64,000 nt of DNA, from assembly GCA_030141605.1 (NCBI GenBank), contig JAQGDQ010002389.1:124001-188000 (forward strand). Reading direction: 5' to 3'. The first letter of the stretch is position 1; every line of letters begins with the position of its first letter. Made by a program: the position numbers and the translations under genes. This stretch comes from Tubiluchus corallicola (lineage: Eukaryota; Animalia; Priapulida). Below, in pieces: positions 40,733-51,450 of the stretch. Below the pieces are notes generated by a model. That model saw only the letters and a program-made list of their open reading frames with translations, was not told where the DNA came from and searched no databases.

Positions 40733-41719
40733 ATGGCTGAAAATAATATTATTTTAGATGTCAAAAATATAACAACAACCTTTGATACTCCTGATGGTGA
40801 AATCTGCGCTGTTAATAATGTCCAATTCAAAATTCCTAAAGGGCAATGTATTGGAATCGTTGGGGAATCCGGCTCAGGAAAATCCCAGCTATTCCTCTCC
40901 GTCATACGTTTGATCGCAAAAAACGGAACTGTAACAGGAGAAGCGCTCTTTCATGGGGAAAATTTACTTTCCCTTCCCATAAAAGACCTCAATCATATCA
41001 GAGGAAATAAAATCTCCATGATTTTCCAAGATCCGATGACCTCTCTGAATCCTTTCTTAACAATCTCAAAACAAATGACAGAAGTTCTTATACAGCATAA
41101 AAAAATTTCACAAAAAGCCGCCATAGAACGAACAATAGAAATGCTTGATCTCGTTGGTATACCAGAAGCGCAAAAACGTTTATCTATGTACCCTCATGAA
41201 TTTTCAGGCGGAATGCGCCAGCGCGTAATGATCGCCATGTCACTCATGTGCGAACCTGACCTCCTCATCGCCGATGAGCCAACGACCGCATTGGATGTTA
41301 CCATACAAGCGCAGATCCTTGATCTGCTCGCCGATCTGAAAAAGAAATTAAATATGTCTATTGTTATGATAAGCCATGATCTGGGCGTCATCGCCGGAAT
41401 CAGTGACTATATTAACGTCATGTATGGCGGATCCATTGTTGAATCAGGCACCGTTGATCAGCTCTTCTATAACCCTACCCACCCTTATACAAAAGGGTTG
41501 CTTTCTTCCATGCCGAAATTGGAAAACGATTTCGATCATGAATTAGAAACAATTAAAGGAAACCCACCTAGCTTGCATAACCTCCCTGAAGGATGCATCT
41601 TTATGCCAAGATGTGATTATTCATTCCCTCAGTGCAAGCTCATGCCCCCTTCATTAATAAATATTGAACCTAACCACGACGTAGCTTGTTACTTACAGGA
41701 AAAAAACCATGCCAAATAA
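40733..41719 (+). CDS. oppD: oligopeptide ABC ATPase
   Basis: GESGSGKS, FSGGMRQR, LIADEPTT, Cys-rich tail. Confidence 0.95.
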   Translation: MAENNIILDVKNITTTFDTPDGEICAVNNVQFKIPKGQCIGIVGESGSGKSQLFLSVIRLIAKNGTVTGEALFHGENLLSLPIKDLNHIRGNKISMIFQDPMTSLNPFLTISKQMTEVLIQHKKISQKAAIERTIEMLDLVGIPEAQKRLSMYPHEFSGGMRQRVMIAMSLMCEPDLLIADEPTTALDVTIQAQILDLLADLKKKLNMSIVMISHDLGVIAGISDYINVMYGGSIVESGTVDQLFYNPTHPYTKGLLSSMPKLENDFDHELETIKGNPPSLHNLPEGCIFMPRCDYSFPQCKLMPPSLINIEPNHDVACYLQEKNHAK

Positions 41720-42683
41720 TACGATTATTCGTGTGGAAAATCTAAAAGTTTATTTCGATGTTTCTACAGAATGGTTCAAAACAACTCCCCTGAAAGCTGT
41801 TGATGATATCAGCTTTACAGCCAATGAACAAGAAACGCTCGGTATTGTCGGTGAATCAGGATGTGGAAAATCAACACTAGGGCGCGCAATTCTTCAGCTT
41901 ATAGAAATTACTGAAGGAAATATCTTCTGGAAAGAGCATAATATAACCGATCCTTCTTTCATCTATAAGCAGCACTTTCGTGAAAATGTGCAGGTTATCT
42001 TTCAGGATCCCCTAGCAAGCCTCAACCCAAGAATGACCATCGGTAATATTATCGCTGAACCTTTGAAAACCTTTTCTCCACATCTTTCAAAAGATGAGAT
42101 TAAAACAAACGTTAAAGAAATAATGTCATACGTCGGACTCCTCCCTGAGACAATCAATCGCTATCCTCATGAGTTTTCCGGCGGGCAATGCCAAAGAGTC
42201 GGAATAGCGCGCGCCATGATCACACGCCCAAAAATTATTATTTGTGATGAACCTGTTTCCGCTTTGGACGTCTCTATCCAAGCGCAAATCATTAATCTCC
42301 TAAAACATCTGCAGGAAAATTTTAAACTGACGCTCATTTTTATCAGCCATGACCTCTCTATTGTAAAAAATATCAGCCATAAGATTATGGTGCTCTACCT
42401 CGGTAATATCGTGGAAATCGGAAGTCGAGAAAATGTCTATAACACCCCTTTACATCCCTACACACAAGCCTTGATCTCCGCTGTTCCCGCACCGGATCCC
42501 CGAAAAGAGCATAATCGCATCAAACTCATTGGTGATTTGCCATCTCCTCTGAATCCTCCTTCCGGATGTGTCTTCAGAACTCGATGCTATAAAGCGCAGG
42601 AAAAATGTGCTCAACAAAAACCCCCTTTAGAAAATGTACAAGGAGACAACCACTCTGTCGCCTGCTTCTACCTTGAAGCATAA
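41709..42683 (+). CDS. oppF: oligopeptide ABC ATPase
   Basis: GESGCGKS, FSGGQCQR, CDEPVSALD. Confidence 0.95.
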   Translation: MPNNTIIRVENLKVYFDVSTEWFKTTPLKAVDDISFTANEQETLGIVGESGCGKSTLGRAILQLIEITEGNIFWKEHNITDPSFIYKQHFRENVQVIFQDPLASLNPRMTIGNIIAEPLKTFSPHLSKDEIKTNVKEIMSYVGLLPETINRYPHEFSGGQCQRVGIARAMITRPKIIICDEPVSALDVSIQAQIINLLKHLQENFKLTLIFISHDLSIVKNISHKIMVLYLGNIVEIGSRENVYNTPLHPYTQALISAVPAPDPRKEHNRIKLIGDLPSPLNPPSGCVFRTRCYKAQEKCAQQKPPLENVQGDNHSVACFYLEA

Positions 42684-42814
42684 ACTTAAGAAAATTTTAA
42701 AAATTACAAAACACTCTTCATTAAAAGAAAACTTATATTGTATTTTCTTAATTATATGATATAAAATTATTACTAATTAATACTTAAATATACTAAAACT
42801 AACTAGAGAATACT

Positions 42815-43501
42815 ATGAAAATGAAAATTTGCCGTGAAGGCATACCCTGTATTATCACTCTCGCTTTTATTACAATGATTTTTTATCTAATGCTTACTAC
42901 TTTCACATGGGGGCGTGTTTTCCCTATTGTCACTTGGGGGTTTGGTTTTCTGACATTTTTTTGTATCTGGTTTTTTCGTGATCCTGATCGAGTTTCCCCC
43001 GCAGTAGATAACCTTGTTATCAGCCCTGCTGACGGTATTGTGCAAAAAATTGATACAGCCTTCCCTCCTAAAGAGCTTCAAATTGATACAGAAGAGCCTA
43101 TGGAGCGAATTTGTGTTTTTATGAATGTGTTCAACGTACACGTCAATCGAGCTCCGTGCAACGGAACCGTTACAGATATTATCTACAGACCAGGAAAGTT
43201 CTTTAACGCATCCCTTGATAAAGCAAGCGCATATAATGAGCGAAAAAGCTTTAAAATGAAAACTGATAATGGGCATACAGTTGTATTTGTCCAAATTGCC
43301 GGTCTGATCGCAAGAAGAATTGTCACATATATAGAAGAAGAAGAGCATCTAAAAGCAGGAGAGCGATTTGGGTTGATACGCTTTGGAAGTAGAGTTGATA
43401 TATATCTTCCTAAAAATACCCCCATCTTTGTTATTGAAGGGCAGATAATGATCGCTGGAGAAACCATCATGGGAACACTCTTGCAAAAAGAAAACGTATA
43501 A
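42815..43501 (+). CDS. psd: phosphatidylserine decarboxylase
   Basis: FFRDPDR, SPADG, NVHVNRAP, IRFGSRVD self-cleavage motif. Confidence 0.95.
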   Translation: MKMKICREGIPCIITLAFITMIFYLMLTTFTWGRVFPIVTWGFGFLTFFCIWFFRDPDRVSPAVDNLVISPADGIVQKIDTAFPPKELQIDTEEPMERICVFMNVFNVHVNRAPCNGTVTDIIYRPGKFFNASLDKASAYNERKSFKMKTDNGHTVVFVQIAGLIARRIVTYIEEEEHLKAGERFGLIRFGSRVDIYLPKNTPIFVIEGQIMIAGETIMGTLLQKENV

Positions 43502-43561
43502 AATATACATTTGCTATCTTTAAAATACTCAGAAATAATAAATGATTCAAAGTAAGATATA

Positions 43562-44407
43562 ATGCACTTAGATAAGTCATCAAAAAAAAATCATAAAGTT
43601 CGATTATCTCTTAAAAAAATTATCCCTAATATGATTACATTAGCGGCTCTCTCTTCTGGTCTGCTCTCTATAAAATATGTTCTTGAGCAAGATTGGGAAA
43701 AAGCAGTGGCATTTATTGTCATCGCCGGCATTTTAGATATATTAGATGGAAAAACCGCGCGCCTCTTGAAAAGCCAAAGCCGATTTGGCGCCGAACTTGA
43801 TTCCCTTAGCGATTTCCTTTGCTTTGGAGCTGCACCAGCAATACTGCTATACCATTGGTCTCTCTCTGAACTTGAGCATTATGGATGGGTCATCTGTTCA
43901 ACCTACGCTATTTGCTGCAGCCTCAGGTTAGCCCGATTTAATACAATGCTAGATAATGATGAAAAAACAATTCCCGCATTTCATTCTCATTACTTTTTTG
44001 GTATCCCCGCCCCTGCTGGCGCTGGTGTTGTCCTGCTGCCATTGTTTCTTTACTTCGCAACAGATATAACCATTCCCTATACCTCTAACATTGTCGCTTT
44101 TATTACAATCATAGTCGCCATCGGATTTATCAGTAAAATTCCAACACCCTCTACAAAAAAAGTTAAAATCTCACAACATTATCTTGGAGCCACCTTATTT
44201 ATAGCATCTTTATATATCATCCTTCTTATAACAATGCCGTGGCTGACTCTAACGCTTAGTGCTTTTCTGTATATCGCAATTTGCCCATTAACAATCCGTA
44301 GATTTTTACAGCAAAAACGGCTGACAGATACAAAAACCAATATCTCAGACCCAACGGAACCTTCCACTGATAAAAAATCCGAAAAAAACATCCCTCCCGA
44401 AAATTAA
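43562..44407 (+). CDS. pssA: CDP-diacylglycerol--serine O-phosphatidyltransferase
   Basis: PNMIT, DILDGKTAR...FGAELDSLSD, RLARFN; follows psd. Confidence 0.93.
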   Translation: MHLDKSSKKNHKVRLSLKKIIPNMITLAALSSGLLSIKYVLEQDWEKAVAFIVIAGILDILDGKTARLLKSQSRFGAELDSLSDFLCFGAAPAILLYHWSLSELEHYGWVICSTYAICCSLRLARFNTMLDNDEKTIPAFHSHYFFGIPAPAGAGVVLLPLFLYFATDITIPYTSNIVAFITIIVAIGFISKIPTPSTKKVKISQHYLGATLFIASLYIILLITMPWLTLTLSAFLYIAICPLTIRRFLQQKRLTDTKTNISDPTEPSTDKKSEKNIPPEN

Positions 44408-45771
44408 TAAGCATATTCCTCAAAAATTCTCTCAATCTTACCCTGCCAACGACCTTTCCAAGCATTTAAAAGCTCCTGAGCCGGAGTAACACCGCTTTCT
44501 GCAATACGGAACAGAGGAATAAGAAAGTGTGTTTCACATTTCCCCATATCCTCATCCTTGCAACGACGACGAGATAGCCCTTTCCAGGAAATATTTAAAA
44601 TATCTAAGGCTACATCCTGCACTTTCTTCCCTCTAAAAGGAGCATCAAGAGCATAATGAGTCACTTCCGTTCGTAAGTAAAGGCGCTCCTCTTCCGTCCA
44701 ATCTCTTATATAATCAAGCGCTTCCAAACGAGATTCGCGATCATATAAAAGCCCAACCCAAAACGCCGGCAAAGCACAAAGATAATTCCAGCCCCCTCCA
44801 TCTGCACCACGCATCTCAAGATAACGCTTCAGACGAACTTCTGGAAAAACGGTCGTTAAATGATCCTCCCAATCAGCAATCGTCGGATATTCTCCTGGCA
44901 ATTCTGGAAGCTTTCCTTCCATAAAATCCAAAAATGAACGCCCCGCAACATCAATATAACGCCCGTTCCTATATACAAAATACATGGGAACATTTAAAAC
45001 ATAATCAACATAACGTTCAAAGCCAAATCCTTCCTCAAATACAAACGGCAACATACCAGAACGATCCCCATCCGTATGTAACCAAATATGACTACGATAA
45101 CTTAAAAATCCCGTAGGTTTCCCCCCTTTAAAAGGAGAGTTCGCCCAAAGAGCGGTCGCAATCGGCTGCAGAGCTAATCCTATTCGAAACATTTGAACCA
45201 TCGTCTCTTCATTGTCAAAATCTAAATTCGTTTGAACAGTACATGTCAACTGCATCATCTCAAGCCCTTTTGTCCCCACCTTGGGCATATAATTTTTCAT
45301 AATATTATACCGTTCCTTAGGCATCCAAGGCATGGAATCACACAATAATGTCGGATGGACACCAATTCCAAGCATGCCAATCCTCTTTTGTTTAATAATA
45401 CGACGAATTTGCTTTAAATGTTCATGAATCTCACAACATGTGTCGTTAATCGTCTTTAAAGGAGCTCCCGACAACTCCAATTGTCCTGCCGGCTCCAAAG
45501 TCACAGAAGCACCCTCCTTCTCTCTTAAGGCAATAATCTTCCCAGATTCCTCAACAGGCTCCCAACCAAACATCTGAAGAGATTCTAAAATATATCGAAT
45601 ACTCTTCTCTCCTTCATAAGGAAGCGGTGAATAATCATCCAGATCATACACAAATTTCTCATGCTCTGTGCCTACTCGCCACTCGCTCTCAGCTTTGCAC
45701 CCTGAGGCTATATAATCAATAAGCTGCTCTTTTCTAATAATAGATTCTCTTCCTGCTTCATATATTTTCAT
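44404..45771 (-). CDS. gshA: glutamate--cysteine ligase (alphaproteobacterial/plant type)
   Basis: VGTEHEKF, LEPAGQLELSG, WMPK.RY, FPEVRLKRYLEMRGADGG. ATG at 45771 likely. Confidence 0.95.
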   Translation of the reverse strand: MKIYEAGRESIIRKEQLIDYIASGCKAESEWRVGTEHEKFVYDLDDYSPLPYEGEKSIRYILESLQMFGWEPVEESGKIIALREKEGASVTLEPAGQLELSGAPLKTINDTCCEIHEHLKQIRRIIKQKRIGMLGIGVHPTLLCDSMPWMPKERYNIMKNYMPKVGTKGLEMMQLTCTVQTNLDFDNEETMVQMFRIGLALQPIATALWANSPFKGGKPTGFLSYRSHIWLHTDGDRSGMLPFVFEEGFGFERYVDYVLNVPMYFVYRNGRYIDVAGRSFLDFMEGKLPELPGEYPTIADWEDHLTTVFPEVRLKRYLEMRGADGGGWNYLCALPAFWVGLLYDRESRLEALDYIRDWTEEERLYLRTEVTHYALDAPFRGKKVQDVALDILNISWKGLSRRRCKDEDMGKCETHFLIPLFRIAESGVTPAQELLNAWKGRWQGKIERIFEEYAY

Positions 45772-45831
45772 AAAAGCGCCTTTCAAAATATTGCCGATAA
45801 CTTTAGAGATGGTACACAATAATTACAGAAG

Positions 45832-46608
45832 TCAATAAAAACGCCTGGCCGGAGATTTATCCCAATCTCCTACAATCGCCTGCCAGCAGGAAAGAGCCGC
45901 TATAGCCGCACTCTCCGCTCTGAGAATCCTAGGCCCAAGATTCACAGAAATACATTTCGGATGCGCCTGTAAAACATCCCTTTCTCGAGACGAAAATCCT
46001 CCTTCCGGACCTATTAGTATAAAAATTCTCATCACAGAATTTTCCCCTCTATATTGAGAAAAAACATCAAAAACAGAAGCCCCACTTCCCCCTTCATCCA
46101 TAAAAAATAAATGATCCCCTTCTTGTGAAACCTCATGCAAAATATCCTCTAAAGTAGAAGGGCGGGAAAAATCCGGTATTGTCAATCGCTCGCATTGCTC
46201 TGCAGCTTCAATTGCCTGAAGGCGAAGCTTTTCTATACGAATAGAACGAACAACAACACGATCTGTCAAAACTGGTAATAAAGCACTAACCCCAAGTTCC
46301 GTTGCTTTCTGAATCAATATTCCCAAAGAAGCCCTTTTTAAAGGAGCAAAACATAAGCAAAGAGTCGATAAAGAAGACGGCTGCTTTAAAATTTGCCTCT
46401 TAACCCTCAAACAACAGATATCCTTTATACTGTCAATACAACATAGCCATTCTCCATCACGCCCGTTAAAAACAATAATATCGTCCCCTTTTTTTATACG
46501 CATAACATGCAAAAGATAGTGAGAAAGATTCTTTGGAAGTAGGAAATTTTCTACGTTATTATTTAACGGAGTATCAATATAAACTCGTGCCTTAAAAGAT
46601 GCTCTCAC
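45832..46608 (-). CDS. rsmE: 16S rRNA m3U1498 methyltransferase
   Basis: HYLLHVMR, QKATELG, EAAEQCER, IGPEGG, LGPRILRAE. Confidence 0.95.
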   Translation of the reverse strand: MRASFKARVYIDTPLNNNVENFLLPKNLSHYLLHVMRIKKGDDIIVFNGRDGEWLCCIDSIKDICCLRVKRQILKQPSSLSTLCLCFAPLKRASLGILIQKATELGVSALLPVLTDRVVVRSIRIEKLRLQAIEAAEQCERLTIPDFSRPSTLEDILHEVSQEGDHLFFMDEGGSGASVFDVFSQYRGENSVMRIFILIGPEGGFSSRERDVLQAHPKCISVNLGPRILRAESAAIAALSCWQAIVGDWDKSPARRFY

Positions 46609-46815
46609 AGATTTTCCTTAATCAACAATCCTGAATTATATCCTGTATTTTTCTATTTAAACGGATATTCATTCTATTGTCAACAATACCGAAAAATTAA
46701 ACAGTTTTCCCCACTCTGAATTTTTCCTAAACAATAAAACAAAGCACTGTATGAAAGAAAGCAAAAATGATATACTATAAAGTTATTAACAAATACATAT
46801 ACCATTCAAAAATTA

Positions 46816-47736
46816 ATGATGAAACAATTTACAGATATATCCATAGAAAAATGGTGGTATAAGTTCATACCACCGCAAAGCTACCCTTATGCGCAGCTTA
46901 TGCGCCTAGATCGCCCCATAGGAATATGGCTTCTCTTATTTCCCTGCTGGTGGTCTTTATTACTGGCAAATCCTGATATGACCAACCCTAAAACAGGCTA
47001 TTATGCCCTGCTCTTCATGATCGGATCCATCACTATGCGTGGCGCAGGATGTACCTTAAATGATATTCTTGATCGGCATCTTGATAAGAAAGTTGAAAGA
47101 ACAGCACGCCGCCCCCTCGCGTCCGGCGCTATTACAATAAAAAATGCCTTCCTATTTCTGTTGCTTCAGCTCATCTTAAGTTTTCTCATTTTAATTCAAT
47201 TTAATCTCTTTACCATTTTTCTAGCGGCTTCCTCTCTGATTCTTATCGCTTTATACCCTATGATGAAAAGAATAACATACTGGCCACAAGCTTTCTTAGG
47301 CATAACATTTAACTGGGGAGCGCTTATAGGATGGAGCAGTATTCATGGTGAGATAACCCTTATTCCCATCATGCTTTACATTGCTTGCTTTTTCTGGACT
47401 CTTGGATATGATACAATTTACGCTCTTCAAGATCAAAAAGATGACCTCGCTGTCGGCATTAAATCAACAGCCCTTTTATTTAAAGAGACCGCTCCTCAAT
47501 GGATCTTCACCTTTTATAGCGCATGCATTTTCTTCCTTATAATCACCTTTCTACTTGCAGGCCTTAACTCCCTTTACTGGTACGGAGTTCTTTTCATTGT
47601 CAGCTTGCATTTCTTTCTTCAAGTCCTCTTTCTTAATAAACGCGATCAACATAACTGCCTGCAATGTTTCCGCTCTAATCAGCATATCGGCTGGATCATA
47701 ACATTCGCTCTTATCATCAACCAATTCTCAACATAA
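46816..47736 (+). CDS. ubiA: 4-hydroxybenzoate polyprenyltransferase
   Basis: [33 protein letters not shown]...GIKSTA. Confidence 0.95.
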   Translation: MMKQFTDISIEKWWYKFIPPQSYPYAQLMRLDRPIGIWLLLFPCWWSLLLANPDMTNPKTGYYALLFMIGSITMRGAGCTLNDILDRHLDKKVERTARRPLASGAITIKNAFLFLLLQLILSFLILIQFNLFTIFLAASSLILIALYPMMKRITYWPQAFLGITFNWGALIGWSSIHGEITLIPIMLYIACFFWTLGYDTIYALQDQKDDLAVGIKSTALLFKETAPQWIFTFYSACIFFLIITFLLAGLNSLYWYGVLFIVSLHFFLQVLFLNKRDQHNCLQCFRSNQHIGWIITFALIINQFST

Positions 47737-47747
47737 GTGAGAAAAGC

Positions 47748-49280
47748 ATGCCCTTTCTTAATCTTCACGATTTCATAACCACACTTGAAAAACACAAGAA
47801 ACTTATTCGCGTTGCAAAGCCCGTTTCCTGCCATTTAGAAATGACAGAAATTCAAACGCGTCTGCTCGCCCAAAAAGGTCCTGCTGTTCTTTTTGAAAAA
47901 CCTCTGCTCTTTAATGGCGACATATCACCTATTCCTGTTCTGATTAACCTTTTTGGAACCATTGAACGTGTTGCCATGGGAATGGAGCAGCCTATCGAAA
48001 ATATACGAGAATTCGGTAAACTCCTAGCAGCTCTTCGACAGCCAACTCCTCCTTCAGGGCTAAAAGATACATGGGAAAAATTTCCCATGCTAAAGCGTGC
48101 CATGGCAATGAAACCCCAAGAAGTTAAACAAAAACATGCGCCTTGCCAGCAAATTGTCCTAGTAGGAGAGCAAGTTGATTTGACAACACTCCCCATACAA
48201 GGATGCTGGCCAAATGAACCCGCTCCCCTTATCACATGGCCCATTGTGATTACAAAAGGACCAACCCACTCCTTGAAAAATTCGCTACCGGAAGACGACT
48301 TTAATCTCGGTATCTATAGAATGCAACTGTTGAACAAAAAACAAACAATCATGCGATGGCTGCAACATAGAGGAGGCGCTCAGCATTTTTCTCGGTGGCA
48401 AAAAATGTATCCTGAAAAACCCATGCCGACCGCAGTCGTTATCGGCGCTGATCCAGGAACTATCCTCTCCGCAGTAACACCAGTACCAGATACACTCTCG
48501 GAATATAAATTCGCCGGCTTGCTACGAGGAGAAAGAATATCCCTCGTGCCTTGCCAAACGATCCCCCTCTCTGTGCCTGCTCAAGCAGAAATTGTTCTTG
48601 AAGGGCATATTCTCCCCCATAAAACAGCACCAGAAGGTCCATACGGAGACCATACAGGATACTATAACAGTATCGAAAACTTCCCAGTCTTTGATGTCTC
48701 CGCAATCACAATGCGTAAAAATCCCGTTTATCTCTCAACCTTTACAGGAAGACCCCCAGATGAACCTTCTATCCTCTCCGAAGCGCTCAACGATCTCTTT
48801 GTTCCCATCCTACAACAACAATTTCCCGAAATAAAAGACTTCTGGCTCCCTCCAGAAGGATGCTCCTATAGAATCGCTGTTATCTCCCTTAAAAAAGCAT
48901 ACCCCGGGCACGCAAAACGTATTATGATGGGAGCATGGTCCTTCCTACGCCAGTTCCTTTATACAAAATACATCATCGTTATTGATAGTGACCTGAACGC
49001 ACGCTGTTGGAAAGATGTGATATGGGCACTCTCAACCTGCACAGATCCAGCACGTGATATAACTATTATCGAAAATACCCCCATCGATTACCTAGACTTC
49101 GCATCACCTGCCTCTGGCCTTGGAAGCAAAATTGGCATCGATGCGACAACAAAAATACCCCCTGAAACAAACCGACAATGGGGAGAAAAAATTAAAATGA
49201 ATGATGACGTTATCAAAACAATCTCTGAAAAATGGAAAGATCTTGGGCTCCCCGGAAACGGAAAGCCAATATGGAAATAA
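47748..49280 (+). CDS. ubiD: UbiD-family decarboxylase
   Basis: [38 protein letters not shown]. Confidence 0.95.
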   Translation: MPFLNLHDFITTLEKHKKLIRVAKPVSCHLEMTEIQTRLLAQKGPAVLFEKPLLFNGDISPIPVLINLFGTIERVAMGMEQPIENIREFGKLLAALRQPTPPSGLKDTWEKFPMLKRAMAMKPQEVKQKHAPCQQIVLVGEQVDLTTLPIQGCWPNEPAPLITWPIVITKGPTHSLKNSLPEDDFNLGIYRMQLLNKKQTIMRWLQHRGGAQHFSRWQKMYPEKPMPTAVVIGADPGTILSAVTPVPDTLSEYKFAGLLRGERISLVPCQTIPLSVPAQAEIVLEGHILPHKTAPEGPYGDHTGYYNSIENFPVFDVSAITMRKNPVYLSTFTGRPPDEPSILSEALNDLFVPILQQQFPEIKDFWLPPEGCSYRIAVISLKKAYPGHAKRIMMGAWSFLRQFLYTKYIIVIDSDLNARCWKDVIWALSTCTDPARDITIIENTPIDYLDFASPASGLGSKIGIDATTKIPPETNRQWGEKIKMNDDVIKTISEKWKDLGLPGNGKPIWK

Positions 49281-49317
49281 AAATACTCCCCTGTTCACTT
49301 ATTTCTCAGCATACCTC

Positions 49318-49824
49318 TCATTCTCCCGATGCTTTTTCTTTTGTGGACTCTACAGAAGCTTCCGATGGCCATAAAATTGTAGGGCGGCAGTTTATAGGAA
49401 AATTAACAGAATTCGCAATGAAACAAAAAGTGTTTGCTTTCTGATGTAAGGCCTCCGCCGAACTCTTATTATGCCCCTCTTCAATAATAATACGAGGCTT
49501 CAGCGTCACAGAACTCACCCGCCCCTCACGCGCTAAAGGCATCAGCTCGCCTGAAGAAGAATCTTCATAAGAAAGAACATTGATCTCAGCCTGAGAACAT
49601 AAATGCAAATACCACAATAAATGGCAAGATGATAACGCTCCTAAAAACATCGCGTCCGGGCTATAAAACTCTTCCCTATCCCGTACATACGAAGAGGATG
49701 AAACAGAAATCTCAGACTTGCCAGGCATACCGATAACATGATCCCGGGAATATGTCTTTTCTGATAAAGGGACATTCCCTTTATTTTCCCATTTAACATC
49801 TATATTAAAAGATAGATTTTTCAT
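49318..49824 (-). CDS. OsmC-family protein
   Basis: YSRDH, LSSCHLLWYL, CFIANSV (two conserved Cys). Confidence 0.88.
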   Translation of the reverse strand: MKNLSFNIDVKWENKGNVPLSEKTYSRDHVIGMPGKSEISVSSSSYVRDREEFYSPDAMFLGALSSCHLLWYLHLCSQAEINVLSYEDSSSGELMPLAREGRVSSVTLKPRIIIEEGHNKSSAEALHQKANTFCFIANSVNFPINCRPTILWPSEASVESTKEKASGE

Positions 49825-49850
49825 AATTTCCTCCTTAAATATTACGATTT

Positions 49851-50861
49851 TTACCGTTTAAGCAATCCATCAACGGCATATTTTTCAATTTCTTCAAGCT
49901 CATCAGAGTGAAACTCTATATTTCCAAGGGACGCTAAATTATCATTCAACTGCTTCATTGTCCGAACACCTAATAAAACAGAAGTTATACGCTGATCTCG
50001 TAAAAGCCAAGAAATCGCCATTTGTGGCAAAGTCTGCCCACGGCGATTGGCGATCTCATCCAGCGCGCGAATAGCATTCAAAACATCTCCACGAAGAGAA
50101 TCCTTTGATAAAGACGTCCTCTCTTGCCCAATACGAGAATTAGAAGGAATATTATCTAGATATTTTTTCGATAAAACACCTTGGGCTAAAGGCGAAAAAA
50201 CAATACACCCTATTCCCTTCTCCTCAAGAACATCCAAAAGACCTGTACGCTCAACCCAGCGATCTAATAAAGAGGCAGAAGGCTGGTGTATAAGACAAGG
50301 AGTTCCCAATGATTGTAAAATCTCTGCCGCTCGTATCGACATTTCCGTCGGATATTGAGAAATACCAACATAAAGAGCTTTCCCCTGGCGAACAATATGA
50401 TCCAAAGCCATCATTGTCTCTTCTAAAGGCGTATCAGGATCAAAACGATGAGAATAAAAAATATCAACATAATCAAGCTTCATACGCTTTAAAGATTGAT
50501 CCAAGCTTGCTAAAAAAGACTTGCGGGAATTCCATGCTCCATAAGGACCCGGCCACATCATATGCCCAGCCTTCGTAGAAATAACCAACTCATCCCGATA
50601 ACAGCGTAGCTCTTCAGATAAAATACGCCCCATAAAAATTTCCGCGCTTCCAGCAGGTAAACCATAATTATTCGCCAAATCAAAATGCGTTATTCCCTGA
50701 TCAAAAGCACGCAAAACCATCTCGCGACTTGCTGAATAAGGCGCTTCATCTCCAAAATTCTGCCATAAACCAAGAGAAAGAATCGGCAACATAAGACCGC
50801 TCTTACCACATCGACGGTAAATCATATTATCATAACGCTTTTCCTGTGCCTGCCAAAACAT
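49851..50861 (-). CDS. aldo/keto reductase (YghZ/MgrA type)
   Basis: SLGLWQNFG, THFDLANNYG, ISTKAG, YVDIFYSHRFDP, FSPLAQG. ATG at 50861 likely. Confidence 0.93.
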   Translation of the reverse strand: MFWQAQEKRYDNMIYRRCGKSGLMLPILSLGLWQNFGDEAPYSASREMVLRAFDQGITHFDLANNYGLPAGSAEIFMGRILSEELRCYRDELVISTKAGHMMWPGPYGAWNSRKSFLASLDQSLKRMKLDYVDIFYSHRFDPDTPLEETMMALDHIVRQGKALYVGISQYPTEMSIRAAEILQSLGTPCLIHQPSASLLDRWVERTGLLDVLEEKGIGCIVFSPLAQGVLSKKYLDNIPSNSRIGQERTSLSKDSLRGDVLNAIRALDEIANRRGQTLPQMAISWLLRDQRITSVLLGVRTMKQLNDNLASLGNIEFHSDELEEIEKYAVDGLLKR

Positions 50862-51103
50862 CAGTTTTATTCTCCCTGCATCTTTTATCAATATTTTTTC
50901 TTCTTACATACTATTTTAATAAATCTTTAAAGATTCTATAGACTCAGATAGTATATATGATAAGAATATCACAACTGTCTATAGTATAGAAACAGGTTTT
51001 AAGTTTTTAATATATTCACTGTGTGAAAAATAGAGTATACTAGTCCCTCTTAAGGGTTTTAGAAAAAATAAAACAATTTGATGATTCTTACTTCCTTAAT
51101 ATA

Positions 51104-51430
51104 ATGGCCAGATCTAAAAAAAATACAAAAACATCAACACAAAAAGGGGCAAAACTCCTTGAAAAACATTGTCTTAGCCCCCCGCCTCTCTATAATGTTA
51201 TTATGCTTAATGACGATTATACTCCCATGGAATTCGTCGTTATTATTCTAAAAATCATCTTTGGAAAAGATGACCAAGAAGCTTATAATATCATGATGGA
51301 AATTCATACAAAAGAACAGGCCTCCTGCTGCACTTGTACAAAAGAGCTCGCTGAAAGTCGCGTAAAACAGACTATTAAACTAGCAAGACAGTCCGGATAC
51401 CCTTTGAAATGTATTATTAAAAAAGTATAA
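51104..51430 (+). CDS. clpS: Clp protease adaptor
   Basis: YNVIMLNDDYTPMEFV, YPLKC; upstream of clpA. Confidence 0.95.
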   Translation: MARSKKNTKTSTQKGAKLLEKHCLSPPPLYNVIMLNDDYTPMEFVVIILKIIFGKDDQEAYNIMMEIHTKEQASCCTCTKELAESRVKQTIKLARQSGYPLKCIIKKV

Positions 51431-51450
51431 AATGGATACTATCAAAAATC

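Noticed and set aside
42887-43470. Antisense ORFs over psd, and similar ones over oppC, ubiD, clpA and Tim44/mltA
   Set aside because: Shadow ORFs of well-supported genes with no recognisable motifs.
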